The position numbers and the translations under genes are program-made. Shown here piece after piece: positions 19,915 through 30,659 of a stretch of DNA of 64,000 nucleotides (the first letter of the stretch is position 1; every line of letters begins with the position of its first letter). The notes beneath the pieces were generated by a model. It was not told the DNA's origin, did not search any database, and saw only the letters and a program-made list of their open reading frames with translations. The DNA comes from Snowella sp. (GTDB taxonomy: Bacteria; Cyanobacteriota; Cyanobacteriia; Cyanobacteriales; Microcystaceae). The stretch spans positions 1 to 64,000 of the forward strand of contig JAYKGY010000105.1 of NCBI GenBank assembly GCA_035285545.1, in the 5' to 3' direction.

Positions 19915-20247
19915 TTAATGAACTCTTTGCTTAGTTTTGGTATCCCAGTAAGCGGTAATAACTTCAACAGATTGTTCGGTCGATTGACAAATTACTCGTA
20001 GTCCACGTAAAGCATCCGTTACTTTGGCATAGGGACTATGGCGAAGATTGCGATCTGTGAGGGTAAAGCTTACTGCACCGAAACTATAGTTTTTGGAGCC
20101 GTAGGTTAAGGCTACTTTAATCATGTCTTCGTTAATGGCTCGCTGCTGTTTGCGTTGCTTGGTGTGTTTAGATTCGGTTAAGAGGCCGAGTTTTGAGATA
20201 TTGTCATCTGCTTGAACGATTCGATATATTTGGGTTTGTTTACTCAT
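19915..20247 (-). CDS. DUF4258-like protein (possible RelE/BECR-fold nuclease)
   Basis: SKHTKQRKQQRAINEDMIKVALTYG ... LRVI ... VITAYW pattern; AAGGA RBS upstream. Confidence 0.7.
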   Translation of the reverse strand: MSKQTQIYRIVQADDNISKLGLLTESKHTKQRKQQRAINEDMIKVALTYGSKNYSFGAVSFTLTDRNLRHSPYAKVTDALRGLRVICQSTEQSVEVITAYWDTKTKQRVH

Positions 20248-20487
20248 GTTCTTAATCCTTAAAGATGAAGTTTTATTGTTTGTGATAAGTTGTTTTGTCC
20301 ATTCCTACAGGCATCAATTGTTTTGTTTCGACACTTTTACTGTATGGGTATTCTCAAAAAAATAAAATCTTAAAAATATATTAAAAAAATACAAAATATA
20401 TATTAAAAAAATAAAATTTCTCTAAAGCTTGCACAAAATTATATTTTTCTGTTATAGATAAAAGTAAGTTTGATTCTTGGAGATAAA

Positions 20488-23400
20488 ATGAATATTCCAA
20501 TAGAGACAGATGAGATAAATCAACTTTTTTTACAAGAGATTGCTCAAGAAGTTAAGCTTCAAGGTGAATATAAAAAAGTCTTTTTAGAAAGGTTTGCTAA
20601 AAATAATCGAGGTGAGACAAATACTGTTCTTGGAAAAAAAATGTGGCCTGATCATAATTATGATCAAAAATTTACAGTGTCTTTAAAAAATGCAATAGAT
20701 CAAATAAAAGAAACATACAAAGAAATTGATGATCTAATTCCAGAAAAATCAACGGCAAGTAAAGGACGGAGAAAAAAAGGAGAGTCTGAGTGGGAAATTA
20801 TTTATGATTGGTTATGGAATAAAAAATATCAGGATTTTTGCCAGAACCAAGTTTCTAGCCAGTTATCAATGCAAGAAGTGGCTATTACTTTAGATTTATC
20901 TATATTTAAAAATATGTTAGATGAACAACGAAGGAAATTAACATCAAATTCGCTAGCATCAAAAAATGGATTTAGAAGTAATCGTAATTTTGATGATGTT
21001 TATGTGCCATTAGGTTTGGTTAAACCAAAAGATGAACCTAAGCGAGAATTTAAAAATGTTGAAGATGATCCTCGGCTAGGCTCACGATTTTATAATTTTG
21101 CAGATTACGAAATCGCTGAAGAATTTTCTAATACAGAGTTTTTTGAAAAAGTTTTGAGTCAAGAAAAAGCTCATCGCTTAGCAATTGTTGGTGAGCCTGG
21201 TGCAGGTAAAACAACTCTGTTACAAAAAATTTCGACTTGGATTGAGAAAGAAAAAAACGATGCTCAGATTATTTGGGTGTCTTTAGCAAAACTTAAAAAT
21301 AAGAGTTTAAAAGATTATTTATTAGATGAATGGTTAAAAAATGCGAAAGATGTTTCTGAAACAACAAAAGCTGAAAAAGATGCTTTAATCCAGATTTTTA
21401 AAGCGGGTAACGTTTGGCTGTTATTAGATGGTGTAGATGAAATGGGAATTAATAATCCTTTATTCAATCTACATGAGCAAATAGAAGAATGTTGGCTAAA
21501 GCATGCAAAAATCATTTTGTCTTGTCGTCTGAATGTATGGGAAATTGGAATAAATCATTTGTACGAGTTTGAGGCTTATCGTAATTTAGATTTCTCTGAA
21601 CCTGAGCGTGATCAATTCATTAGAAATTGGTTTGAAGAAAATTCTACATTAGCAGATCAATTAATTACTGAGTTAGATCAAGATAGAAAAGAACGTATTC
21701 GAGATTTAGTTAAAAATCCACTGCGTTTAACGATGGTTTGTTTTTCTTGGCATAAAAATAAAGGGAAGTTACCTGACACGAAAGCAGGATTATACAAAGA
21801 ATGTGTTGATGCTTTCTATGACTGGAAGGCCAAAGAAGCATTTCCGACAACGCCAACAGAAAGAAGAGAATTAAATCAGGCTTTAGGAGAATTGGCAAAA
21901 AATGCCTTAGAACAAGATTTGGCTTGGTTTCGCATTACTCATCAACAGGTCTGTCAATATTTAAGTGATCCTAATGAAGAGGGATTAGGGAAAAAGGCGA
22001 TTAAATTAGGATGGTTAAATCAAGTTGGCGTTTCAGAGCAAAATTCTGATGATGAAATTTATGCTTTCTTTCACCCTAGTTTTCAAGAATATTTTGCTGC
22101 TTGTGCCATAGAAAATTGGGATTTCTTTTTACCTAACGATCACGTTGATCAACCTGTGGACGGAAAAGTCTATCGTATTTTTAAACCTCAGTGGAAGCAG
22201 GTATTTTTACTATGGTTAGGACGATCAGATATAGATGAATCAGATAAGGAAAGTTTTATTCAAGCTTTAGTCGTTTTTAGCCATGTTTTAAGGCGATTAA
22301 ATATAGATAAACTGGATAAAGAAACTTTAATTCAATTTTTAATAATTTTTAATCACTCTTCGGTAGATCAATGTGATCGTTTTTATCATTGCCGAGCTTT
22401 CTATATTGCTGCCGAAGGAATTGCTGAATTTAAAGACTGTTCCCTTGCTGATATCATTATTAATATAATTATTCAATGGGGATTTAACCCTGAGTGTGAA
22501 GAAGCAATAGATACTGATACGCCTATAGCAGAATCAGCTAGAGGAATATTGTTAGAAACCAATACTCAGAAAGCTATTACTGCATTAATCGAACTTATTA
22601 AATCTTCTCAGGATAATACTAATTTAATTGAATACTTATTACCTAGTTTAGAAGAAATTGCACTAAAAAATAAGCAAGTAATCTCTGCATTAACTGAACT
22701 TCTCCAATGCTGTCAAAATGAGTCTGTTATTTATATAATTGTGGAGAGCTTAGGCAGAATTGGACAAGGAAATTTTTTAGTAATCACAGCATTAATTGAA
22801 CTCATTCAATCCTTTAAAAATTTTGATTTTGATACGATTGAAGAAATAGCTTATAACCTGGGTAAAATTGCAAAAGGAAATAATCATGTAATTACAGCAT
22901 TAATTGAATTCCTTCAAGATTCTCAAGATGAGTCTGTTATTTATGTAATAGTAGATAGCTTAGGTGAAATTGTACAAAATAGTTTGCAAGCAGAAAGAAT
23001 AATAAATAGTCTTTATGAATTTTTAAAAGATAAATTGGTTTTTAGGAATGCACTTGACGTGTTTCTTAAAGGTTACTGCAAAACAATTATTGAAGAGAAA
23101 TTAACTGTAGCAATTACAGAATTAAATTTTCTTATTCGATTTTCTGAAAGCTTTAGTTTTGATATTATTGATCAAATATTACATGCTTTTGATGAAATTG
23201 AAAATAGTAATCTTTATGCTATTACAACATTAATTAATCGCCTTAAATCTTCTATAGGTATCATTAATACAGCCGAAATATCAAGAGCTATTGAGAAAAC
23301 TGAAGGGGGTATCGATCAAGCAACAATAGAAATAAATAGCCTTCGTAAATCTTTAAAAAATGAATTAATTTTCAAGAATGTAGTTGACAGTTTTTTTAAC

Positions 23401-24348
23401 AGTTATTGTAGCAAAATTAGAAAGGAAGCATTAAAAGGTATTGAGTTTCCTTCCAATAATTTAACTAATAGTCAAATTGTAAGGCATTCAAAAGAAGATA
23501 ATGAGAAAAAAATTATGTCATTAATAGAGCTTATTCAATGTTCTCAGGATAAGGCGACTATTTTTAGAGCAGTTACGGATTTAGGAAAAATTGAACAGGG
23601 TAATGAGCAGGCGATCACTGCATTAGTTTCACTAATTCAATCTTCTTTTTGCGGAGGTACGTCTTTTCGCAATACAGAGGCAAGTTTAAAAGCAATTTTA
23701 GTAAAAGAGCAAATGCCACGAGTTATTACCAAATTGAAAGATTATTTGTCAGAGAAAGATTATACCAATTATAGTGATTATTGTCGATATAAAACGTGTT
23801 ATTCAGTTCTTTGGAAATGCGCTCAAACGCTTTCCTATCCAGAATTCTATAAAGCATGGCATAGTCAACCCGAAATTATTCACCCTGAAATCTTAGAAAT
23901 TTCTCCTTTAGGCACTACAAATATCACCCAAACCTTAAACCAACAAATTCTTGATCTCCCTTCCCAACTTAAACCCACCGAAACAACCTATCCTCTTTTG
24001 ATTAATGCCCAATCTCTAGAAGACGAAACCGACAACAGCAGCATTGCTCAAGAACTCTGCAATCAAATCTATCAAACCGCTTTTCCTGATGAAATCAATA
24101 TTCCCGAAATTAACAACGCCCCGCAACTCAAACGCTTAATTCCGAATATCAAAAAACAGTTAGGAACTAAAAACTTAGCCCTCATTTTCCATAATGGGGA
24201 GCCTAATGAAAGCCTAATCAAATTCTGTAAAAAATTAGCTGATGTCGTTCACATTAAATGGATTACAAACCAACCTATTGAAAACGGAATTCCTCCCCAA
24301 GAAAATTTAGTTAATATCCTGCAAAACTGGATTAATGAATTGGGTTAA
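20488..24348 (+). CDS. NACHT (STAND) NTPase with N-terminal putative HTH-like region, HEAT-like repeats and C-terminal alpha/beta domain
   Basis: Walker A GEPGAGKTT, Walker B LLLDGVDE, SCR, NPLRL, FFHPSFQEYFAA; repeated ITALIELIQ.S...SLG.I units; GGAG RBS before ATG 20488. Confidence 0.92.
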   Translation: MNIPIETDEINQLFLQEIAQEVKLQGEYKKVFLERFAKNNRGETNTVLGKKMWPDHNYDQKFTVSLKNAIDQIKETYKEIDDLIPEKSTASKGRRKKGESEWEIIYDWLWNKKYQDFCQNQVSSQLSMQEVAITLDLSIFKNMLDEQRRKLTSNSLASKNGFRSNRNFDDVYVPLGLVKPKDEPKREFKNVEDDPRLGSRFYNFADYEIAEEFSNTEFFEKVLSQEKAHRLAIVGEPGAGKTTLLQKISTWIEKEKNDAQIIWVSLAKLKNKSLKDYLLDEWLKNAKDVSETTKAEKDALIQIFKAGNVWLLLDGVDEMGINNPLFNLHEQIEECWLKHAKIILSCRLNVWEIGINHLYEFEAYRNLDFSEPERDQFIRNWFEENSTLADQLITELDQDRKERIRDLVKNPLRLTMVCFSWHKNKGKLPDTKAGLYKECVDAFYDWKAKEAFPTTPTERRELNQALGELAKNALEQDLAWFRITHQQVCQYLSDPNEEGLGKKAIKLGWLNQVGVSEQNSDDEIYAFFHPSFQEYFAACAIENWDFFLPNDHVDQPVDGKVYRIFKPQWKQVFLLWLGRSDIDESDKESFIQALVVFSHVLRRLNIDKLDKETLIQFLIIFNHSSVDQCDRFYHCRAFYIAAEGIAEFKDCSLADIIINIIIQWGFNPECEEAIDTDTPIAESARGILLETNTQKAITALIELIKSSQDNTNLIEYLLPSLEEIALKNKQVISALTELLQCCQNESVIYIIVESLGRIGQGNFLVITALIELIQSFKNFDFDTIEEIAYNLGKIAKGNNHVITALIEFLQDSQDESVIYVIVDSLGEIVQNSLQAERIINSLYEFLKDKLVFRNALDVFLKGYCKTIIEEKLTVAITELNFLIRFSESFSFDIIDQILHAFDEIENSNLYAITTLINRLKSSIGIINTAEISRAIEKTEGGIDQATIEINSLRKSLKNELIFKNVVDSFFNSYCSKIRKEALKGIEFPSNNLTNSQIVRHSKEDNEKKIMSLIELIQCSQDKATIFRAVTDLGKIEQGNEQAITALVSLIQSSFCGGTSFRNTEASLKAILVKEQMPRVITKLKDYLSEKDYTNYSDYCRYKTCYSVLWKCAQTLSYPEFYKAWHSQPEIIHPEILEISPLGTTNITQTLNQQILDLPSQLKPTETTYPLLINAQSLEDETDNSSIAQELCNQIYQTAFPDEINIPEINNAPQLKRLIPNIKKQLGTKNLALIFHNGEPNESLIKFCKKLADVVHIKWITNQPIENGIPPQENLVNILQNWINELG

Positions 24349-24645
24349 AACTACTCACCTTAAACGCGATCGCCAAACTCAATATCAGAACCGCGATCGC
24401 CTCCTGAGATAAATCAATCCTAAATTAACAAATTAACCAACCTAAAACCGAATTTAAACCATAATCTCATTAACTCTAGCTTGGACGAGCTAACAGCAGC
24501 TTGGTTAACGAAAAAAAATTTATCCGTTGAAAAGCCCATTTTATTAGCTACTGCCTTTGGGTTTCTCTCCCCTTGACTCCAACATCTTGGCCCAGAATCC
24601 GTTCGACAATAGCCAACAACTGATGCCCTTTCGGTTTATCCCCTG

Positions 24646-24663
24646 CTTACAAAACTTTACAAT
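24646..24663 (+). promoter_or_regulatory. HLR1-like (RpaB) direct repeat
   Basis: CTTACAAA-AC-TTTACAAT versus (G/T)TTACA(T/A)(T/A)-N2 repeat; 53 bp upstream of the MBL gene. Confidence 0.5.
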
Positions 24664-24715
24664 CCCTTACAATAGGAAATTATTTTCTCAGATAATTTTT
24701 GATAATTTAAACCCT

Positions 24716-25480
24716 ATGCAATTAACGTGGTTTGACAGTAATTCTTGGCTAATCGAAATCGCGGGTCAGTCCATCCTGCTCGATCCTTGGTTAGAAGGCT
24801 CCTTAATCTTTGGTAACTTACCCTGGTTATTTAAAGGCGATAAAAAACAATCCTACGATTTACCAGAGCAAATTTCCCTGATCTTGCTCTCCCAAGGCTT
24901 AGAAGATCACGCCCATCCTCCCACCTTAAAAGCCTTAGATCACGCGATTCCCGTTGTCGGTTCTACCAATGCCGCTAAAGTGGTTGAAGGGTTGGGTTAT
25001 ACTCACGTAACGGCTTTAAAACCCGAAGAAACGTTTGTCTTAAACGAAAAAGTCGAAATTCGCGCCTTTCCTGGTTCACTGATTGGGCCATCTACTGTAG
25101 AAAATGCTTATTTAATCACGGATTTAACGACAGGTTGCCGTCTTTATTACGAACCGCATGGTTTCCACTCCCCCACCTTAAAATCCTTTGCCCCGGTGGA
25201 TATTGTCCTTGCTCCTATTGTGGGGTTGAGCCTATTGGGGTTAGCTCCTGTCTTAAAGGGACAACAAACCAGCTTAGAACTGTGTCAATGGTTGCAACCC
25301 AAAGTGATTTTGCCCACCTCGGCGGCGGCGGATATTAGCTACGAAGGGCTAATTGCTAAAATTGTCAGAGAAGAGGGTAGTATTGACAGTTTCCGTCAAC
25401 TTTTAGCTGATCATCACCTCCATACCCGACTAATTGCTCCCCAACCTGGAGAACAAGTGAGTCCCCTTGTCTATGCTTAG
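24716..25480 (+). CDS. MBL-fold metallo-hydrolase
   Basis: SNSWL, LLDPWL, LLSQGLEDHAH, YYEPHG; start MQLTW at 24716. Confidence 0.88.
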   Translation: MQLTWFDSNSWLIEIAGQSILLDPWLEGSLIFGNLPWLFKGDKKQSYDLPEQISLILLSQGLEDHAHPPTLKALDHAIPVVGSTNAAKVVEGLGYTHVTALKPEETFVLNEKVEIRAFPGSLIGPSTVENAYLITDLTTGCRLYYEPHGFHSPTLKSFAPVDIVLAPIVGLSLLGLAPVLKGQQTSLELCQWLQPKVILPTSAAADISYEGLIAKIVREEGSIDSFRQLLADHHLHTRLIAPQPGEQVSPLVYA

Positions 25481-25680
25481 TTCAGTTAATCATTGTGATG
25501 AAAACCCGAAAATGTTCCTTTACAAAAATAAAGTTTTGTTAACAATTGTTAAGATCGCTTGAAATGGGTGTTAAAGACGATCAATCGTAGAAACGTATTA
25601 TTGTTATTTTGGACAGATGCCTTGCTCAAATGACAATGGTAAGAAATACTGGTTTTATTTAACATTTAGGATTGAATCCC

Positions 25681-26643
25681 ATGTCTCAAAAACACCCCAT
25701 TATTGCGGTGACTGGTTCTTCGGGAGCTGGCACTAGTACCGTTAAACGCTCTTTTGAACATATTTTCATTCGTGAAGGGATTAAATCCGTTGTCATTGAA
25801 GGGGATAGCTATCATAAATATAATCGTGTTGAAATGCGCGAGATTATGAGCAAGGCAACCGCAGAAGGCAGAAATATTAGCCACTTTGGGCCAGAAGCGA
25901 ATGTATTAGATAAACTGGAAGCGTTATTTCATGAGTACGGGCAAACGGGACAAGGCCAAAAACGTTTTTATCTCCATAGCCCAGAAGAAGCGGATCATCA
26001 CAATGCTCGACTGAATACTACCTGTAAAGCGGGTGAATTTACCCCTTGGGAACCCCTAGAAAGCCAGAGCGATATGTTGTTCTATGAAGGGCTACACGGT
26101 GGATTTGTCCATGGCGATGTAAATGTTGCCCAATACGTTGACCTGTTGGTTGGGGTCGTTCCCATTGTCAATTTGGAATGGATTCAAAAAATTTATCGCG
26201 ATAACGCAGAGCGGGGCTATAGTGCAGAAGCGATCGTTGATACGATTCTTCGTCGGATGCCCGATTATATTAATCACATCGCGCCTCAATTTTCTCGCAC
26301 CCATATTAATTTCCAGCGTGTTCCGACCGTTGATACCTCTAATCCGTTTATTTGCCGCGATATTCCGACTTTGGATGAAAGCTTTGTCATTATCCACACC
26401 AATCGTTGTTTCCGCGAAAAATATTCGATTGATTTCCCCTATCTACTCGATATGATCCAAGGTTCCTTTATGTCTCGCCATACAACCTTAGTGGTGCCTG
26501 GTGGAAAAATGGGCTTTGCAATGGAAATCATTCTTTCTCCTTTAATTGATCAGTTGATTAGCAATTCTAAAAAGTTAAAACAACAATCTAATGGTTCTGG
26601 TGTTGCTAGTTTCGCTGGCCATGCGCCCGTCGCGGCTAGTTAA
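25681..26643 (+). CDS. prk: Phosphoribulokinase, proteobacterial/alpha-cyanobacterial (class I) type
   Basis: KHPIIAVTGSSGAGTSTV, EGDSYH, SHFGPEAN, FYEGLHG, NLEWIQKI.RD..ERGYS, NFQRVPTVDTSNPF. Confidence 0.92.
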   Translation: MSQKHPIIAVTGSSGAGTSTVKRSFEHIFIREGIKSVVIEGDSYHKYNRVEMREIMSKATAEGRNISHFGPEANVLDKLEALFHEYGQTGQGQKRFYLHSPEEADHHNARLNTTCKAGEFTPWEPLESQSDMLFYEGLHGGFVHGDVNVAQYVDLLVGVVPIVNLEWIQKIYRDNAERGYSAEAIVDTILRRMPDYINHIAPQFSRTHINFQRVPTVDTSNPFICRDIPTLDESFVIIHTNRCFREKYSIDFPYLLDMIQGSFMSRHTTLVVPGGKMGFAMEIILSPLIDQLISNSKKLKQQSNGSGVASFAGHAPVAAS

Positions 26644-26670
26644 TTGGGGCAATAACTCAACTTAATTTAG

Positions 26671-26749
26671 GAAAAAATAGGTTCTATCGCTAAGGACATA
26701 ATAGTATTATGTCCCTACTTAAATTTTTATTGATCGCTGTTAGTTACTC
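26671..26749. repeat. Dispersed repeat with REP-like palindrome, copy 1
   Basis: Core GGACATAATA-G-TATTATGTCC at 26694-26714 followed by CTAC; similar sequence recurs at 33457-33627. Confidence 0.75.
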
Positions 26750-26849
26750 GGCTTTGATAAGTTTAGATGGCTAAACGGCGATCGCGTTTTTTGTGCCAAA
26801 ATTTACGGATTGCTTTTTTTAGAATCCGAATAGGTCAGTCCAAGCCTGA

Positions 26850-27896
<1,047 letters not shown>

Positions 27897-27926
27897 ATTT
27901 TATTGTAGGTTTTGGGGAAACATGAG

Positions 27927-28190
27927 TTATTGATTTGTGTTTCCCTTTTCCATTTTTTCCATTCCCCGATCATAAATCCGCCCTGGATCGCTGTGGTCTT
28001 TGACTCTTTCTTTAAGGCGATCAACTTTTTTTTGTTGGGGCATTAACCCCAGAAGTTTAGCATTAAGCGCATTACGAGTATCTCGGCTATAAGCACTTAG
28101 GGGCTTCGGTAAAAAGCGATCGCCGATCCCGACAAAAATTATTCCACCAATAATGCTGATTGTGAGAAGTTTTTTCAGTAATCGCATCAT
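27927..28190 (-). CDS. Conserved small membrane-anchored hypothetical protein
   Basis: N-terminal TM segment then GDRFLPKPLSAYS...R. Confidence 0.75.
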   Translation of the reverse strand: MMRLLKKLLTISIIGGIIFVGIGDRFLPKPLSAYSRDTRNALNAKLLGLMPQQKKVDRLKERVKDHSDPGRIYDRGMEKMEKGNTNQ

Positions 28191-28383
28191 TTTAGATTAG
28201 GTCGTACTAACTCAGCAAAGAATCTAGCTTTACTTTAACAGCAAAAAAGTTCTTTTAACTCCGTAAAATTTCTCAAGGCCATGAGATTAATGGCAACCAC
28301 ACGGATCTGCCCAGTCAGCGATCGCCGACCTATCTCCAACATTTGATTAATCGCGATCGCTAAATGAGTCACCTAAATTGATT

Positions 28384-29289
28384 TTATTTAAGGGCTTGTA
28401 TGCCCGTCCAACTGCGATTCATCAATTGGCCATAGGTAACAGCATCCTCATCGCCTGCCCAGCTTGCCTTGCCATTGCTCCCAACACTCACGATTTTTTC
28501 CGTATCTTCGCCTAAAATTGCCGAACGGAATAGCACTTGATCGGGTTTGGTTGGACTCCATCCTAATAAGGTTGCGGTCGTTTCCTGATCCTCGTTGAGG
28601 TCTAATCCCAAGGTTTGACTTTGACGAGTTTGTTGATTCCAAATCACCGCATAATCCATCACATCTGAGGTACTAAATACGCCTTCAAACTGACGGGCTA
28701 ATAGGCGATCGCCCCCCGATGACCAGGAAATCGGCATCAAAATGGAGATAACCCCCGTCATTTCTTGGCTATCTACCCCCGTCTCTTCTAAGTAATTGGC
28801 AATCGGTGATCCGGCCCGAATAACCTGCAATTCGCCAGTTTCCAGATTCTCCAAAAACAGAACACTCAATACTTTTGAGGCGTATAACTCCGGTTCTGCC
28901 CGCATCTCAATGCGACTATAGGCTGCATACTGACCATTAGGAGAAACCAGTGCAGGGCTGCGATAATACCGTAACCCAGAACTCCCCCGTTGACTGTATT
29001 CTTCTTGGGTTTTCATAATCCAATTCCAGGGAACCGGATGGGGACTATTGAGCGGATCTTCGTTATTCATTCCAGAGTCGGACAAACTCGGAACAACCTT
29101 CAACGTCGCTGGGGTATTCGTCAATGCTAACTGATGGATAGGCGCAATAGGCATAGGCGCAAGCTCAGGAACAAGCGAAAGGGGACTAGCCGAGACCGTA
29201 AGATTAGAGGTTAAAACTAACTGAGACAAGAAGATAAGCAACGACGAGGTGGGCAAAGAACCTCTCCAACACCACAAGGAGGTCAACAT
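28384..29289 (-). CDS. Conserved cyanobacterial exported hypothetical protein
   Basis: Signal-like N-terminus; DPLNSPHPVPWNW, YYRSPALVSP, PISWS motifs. Confidence 0.8.
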   Translation of the reverse strand: MLTSLWCWRGSLPTSSLLIFLSQLVLTSNLTVSASPLSLVPELAPMPIAPIHQLALTNTPATLKVVPSLSDSGMNNEDPLNSPHPVPWNWIMKTQEEYSQRGSSGLRYYRSPALVSPNGQYAAYSRIEMRAEPELYASKVLSVLFLENLETGELQVIRAGSPIANYLEETGVDSQEMTGVISILMPISWSSGGDRLLARQFEGVFSTSDVMDYAVIWNQQTRQSQTLGLDLNEDQETTATLLGWSPTKPDQVLFRSAILGEDTEKIVSVGSNGKASWAGDEDAVTYGQLMNRSWTGIQALK

Positions 29290-29595
29290 GGGAGCAATCT
29301 CAACTAAAAAAGAAGGCTAATGGCTAAAAGGCAGCTAGCTGACGCAAAGATTTTCTGACTTTACGATTTACTATAGTCCCTTAGTCTGGTCTGTTTTCAG
29401 GATGTTCCAAAGACTTTATGAGACTTCATAATTTCCTGATTTTTACCCTTCAAATATTAAGGAAGATTACGAAACCAAGAGAGTTTTTTTAGTTCAGTGC
29501 GTTGCTAATGAAATTTTAAGCGTCAATAACTCCTAAAATCGGCGATCGCTATTCCACCAGAGTTGAATCAACCCAAAATAGACCCTAGCAACCCC

Positions 29596-30552
29596 TTAAG
29601 GCTGACTCCTCACGCGATTCCGTCCTGATTTTTTCGCATCGTAGAGAGCTTGATCAGCGCGGTTCAAAATATCCTGTAAAGATTCATCGGTTGGTTGAAA
29701 AATTGCAACGCCAATACTGATAGATAAAATACAGGAAAAATTGTCTAGATGAGACGCAAGATTATTGATTGTAAAACGGAGTCTTTCTGCTATTTCAATC
29801 GCTTCAGGGAGGCTGGTTTCCGGGAGAATCGCAACAAATTCCTCTCCACCAAAGCGACCAAAAAAATCAACTTTTCGGAGCGTGTTATTCAGCTTTTCAG
29901 CAATTAATTTTAAATACTTATCTCCTGTTGCATGACCATAGGTATCGTTAATTTTTTTAAAATAATCCAAATCAATCATTAATACCGAAAAGTGGGACTG
30001 ATAGCGTTTCCCCCGCTCAAACTCTGCCTTTCCAAAGGACACAATCGCTCGACGATTAGCTACTCCTGTCAAGGAATCGGTAACAACTAACTCTTCTAAG
30101 GCGATATAGGCTTTCTTTAATTCATCTTGCGTTCTTTTTAACTCTAAATGGGTTTTGACCCGTGCCAACATTTCTGCTGAATGAAAAGGCTTGGTAATAA
30201 AATCTCGCGCCCCTTTTTCAAAAGCTTGGACAAGATGCTCCCGTTCATTACTCGCTGTTAAGAAAATGATGGGAATATGGCTATATTTGGGATTTGCTTG
30301 TAGAATTTCACAGACTTCAATACCGCTCATTTCAGGCATCATTAAGTCTAAGAGAATTAAATCTGGTTCTAGGGTTGCTAATCGTTCTAAAGCCTGTTTT
30401 CCACTCGTCGCAAACGTCGTGACATAGCCAACCTGTTCTAAAATTCCCATCACAAGTTGCAAATTTGTCGGCGTATCATCAACGACTAAAATTAAAAATG
30501 ACTCTGGTTCCCAATTCTGAAGTTCCATTTTGGGCAATGATTGATTTTTCAT
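29596..30552 (-). CDS. Response regulator diguanylate cyclase (REC-GGDEF, PleD-like)
   Basis: VVDD, LLDLMMP, KPF receiver motifs; RKVD I-site followed by RFGGEEF. Confidence 0.93.
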   Translation of the reverse strand: MKNQSLPKMELQNWEPESFLILVVDDTPTNLQLVMGILEQVGYVTTFATSGKQALERLATLEPDLILLDLMMPEMSGIEVCEILQANPKYSHIPIIFLTASNEREHLVQAFEKGARDFITKPFHSAEMLARVKTHLELKRTQDELKKAYIALEELVVTDSLTGVANRRAIVSFGKAEFERGKRYQSHFSVLMIDLDYFKKINDTYGHATGDKYLKLIAEKLNNTLRKVDFFGRFGGEEFVAILPETSLPEAIEIAERLRFTINNLASHLDNFSCILSISIGVAIFQPTDESLQDILNRADQALYDAKKSGRNRVRSQP

Positions 30553-30659
30553 TGCAAAGAAAACAATAGTTAATCGCGACAGAGGCTTACAGAGACTGAA
30601 TAACGGACTTCTAATGGATACTTTCAAAAGTCATTCGTTTTTAATCAATCCCTGTTCCC

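Noticed and set aside
24400..24580. Short open frame after the NACHT gene (INKLTNLKPNLN...GFLSP*)
   Set aside because: No start codon identified and no recognisable family.
25535..25552. TTGTTAACAATTGTTAA palindrome / HLR1 variant upstream of prk
   Set aside because: Mismatch in both half-sites and an AT-rich context; cannot assign a regulator.
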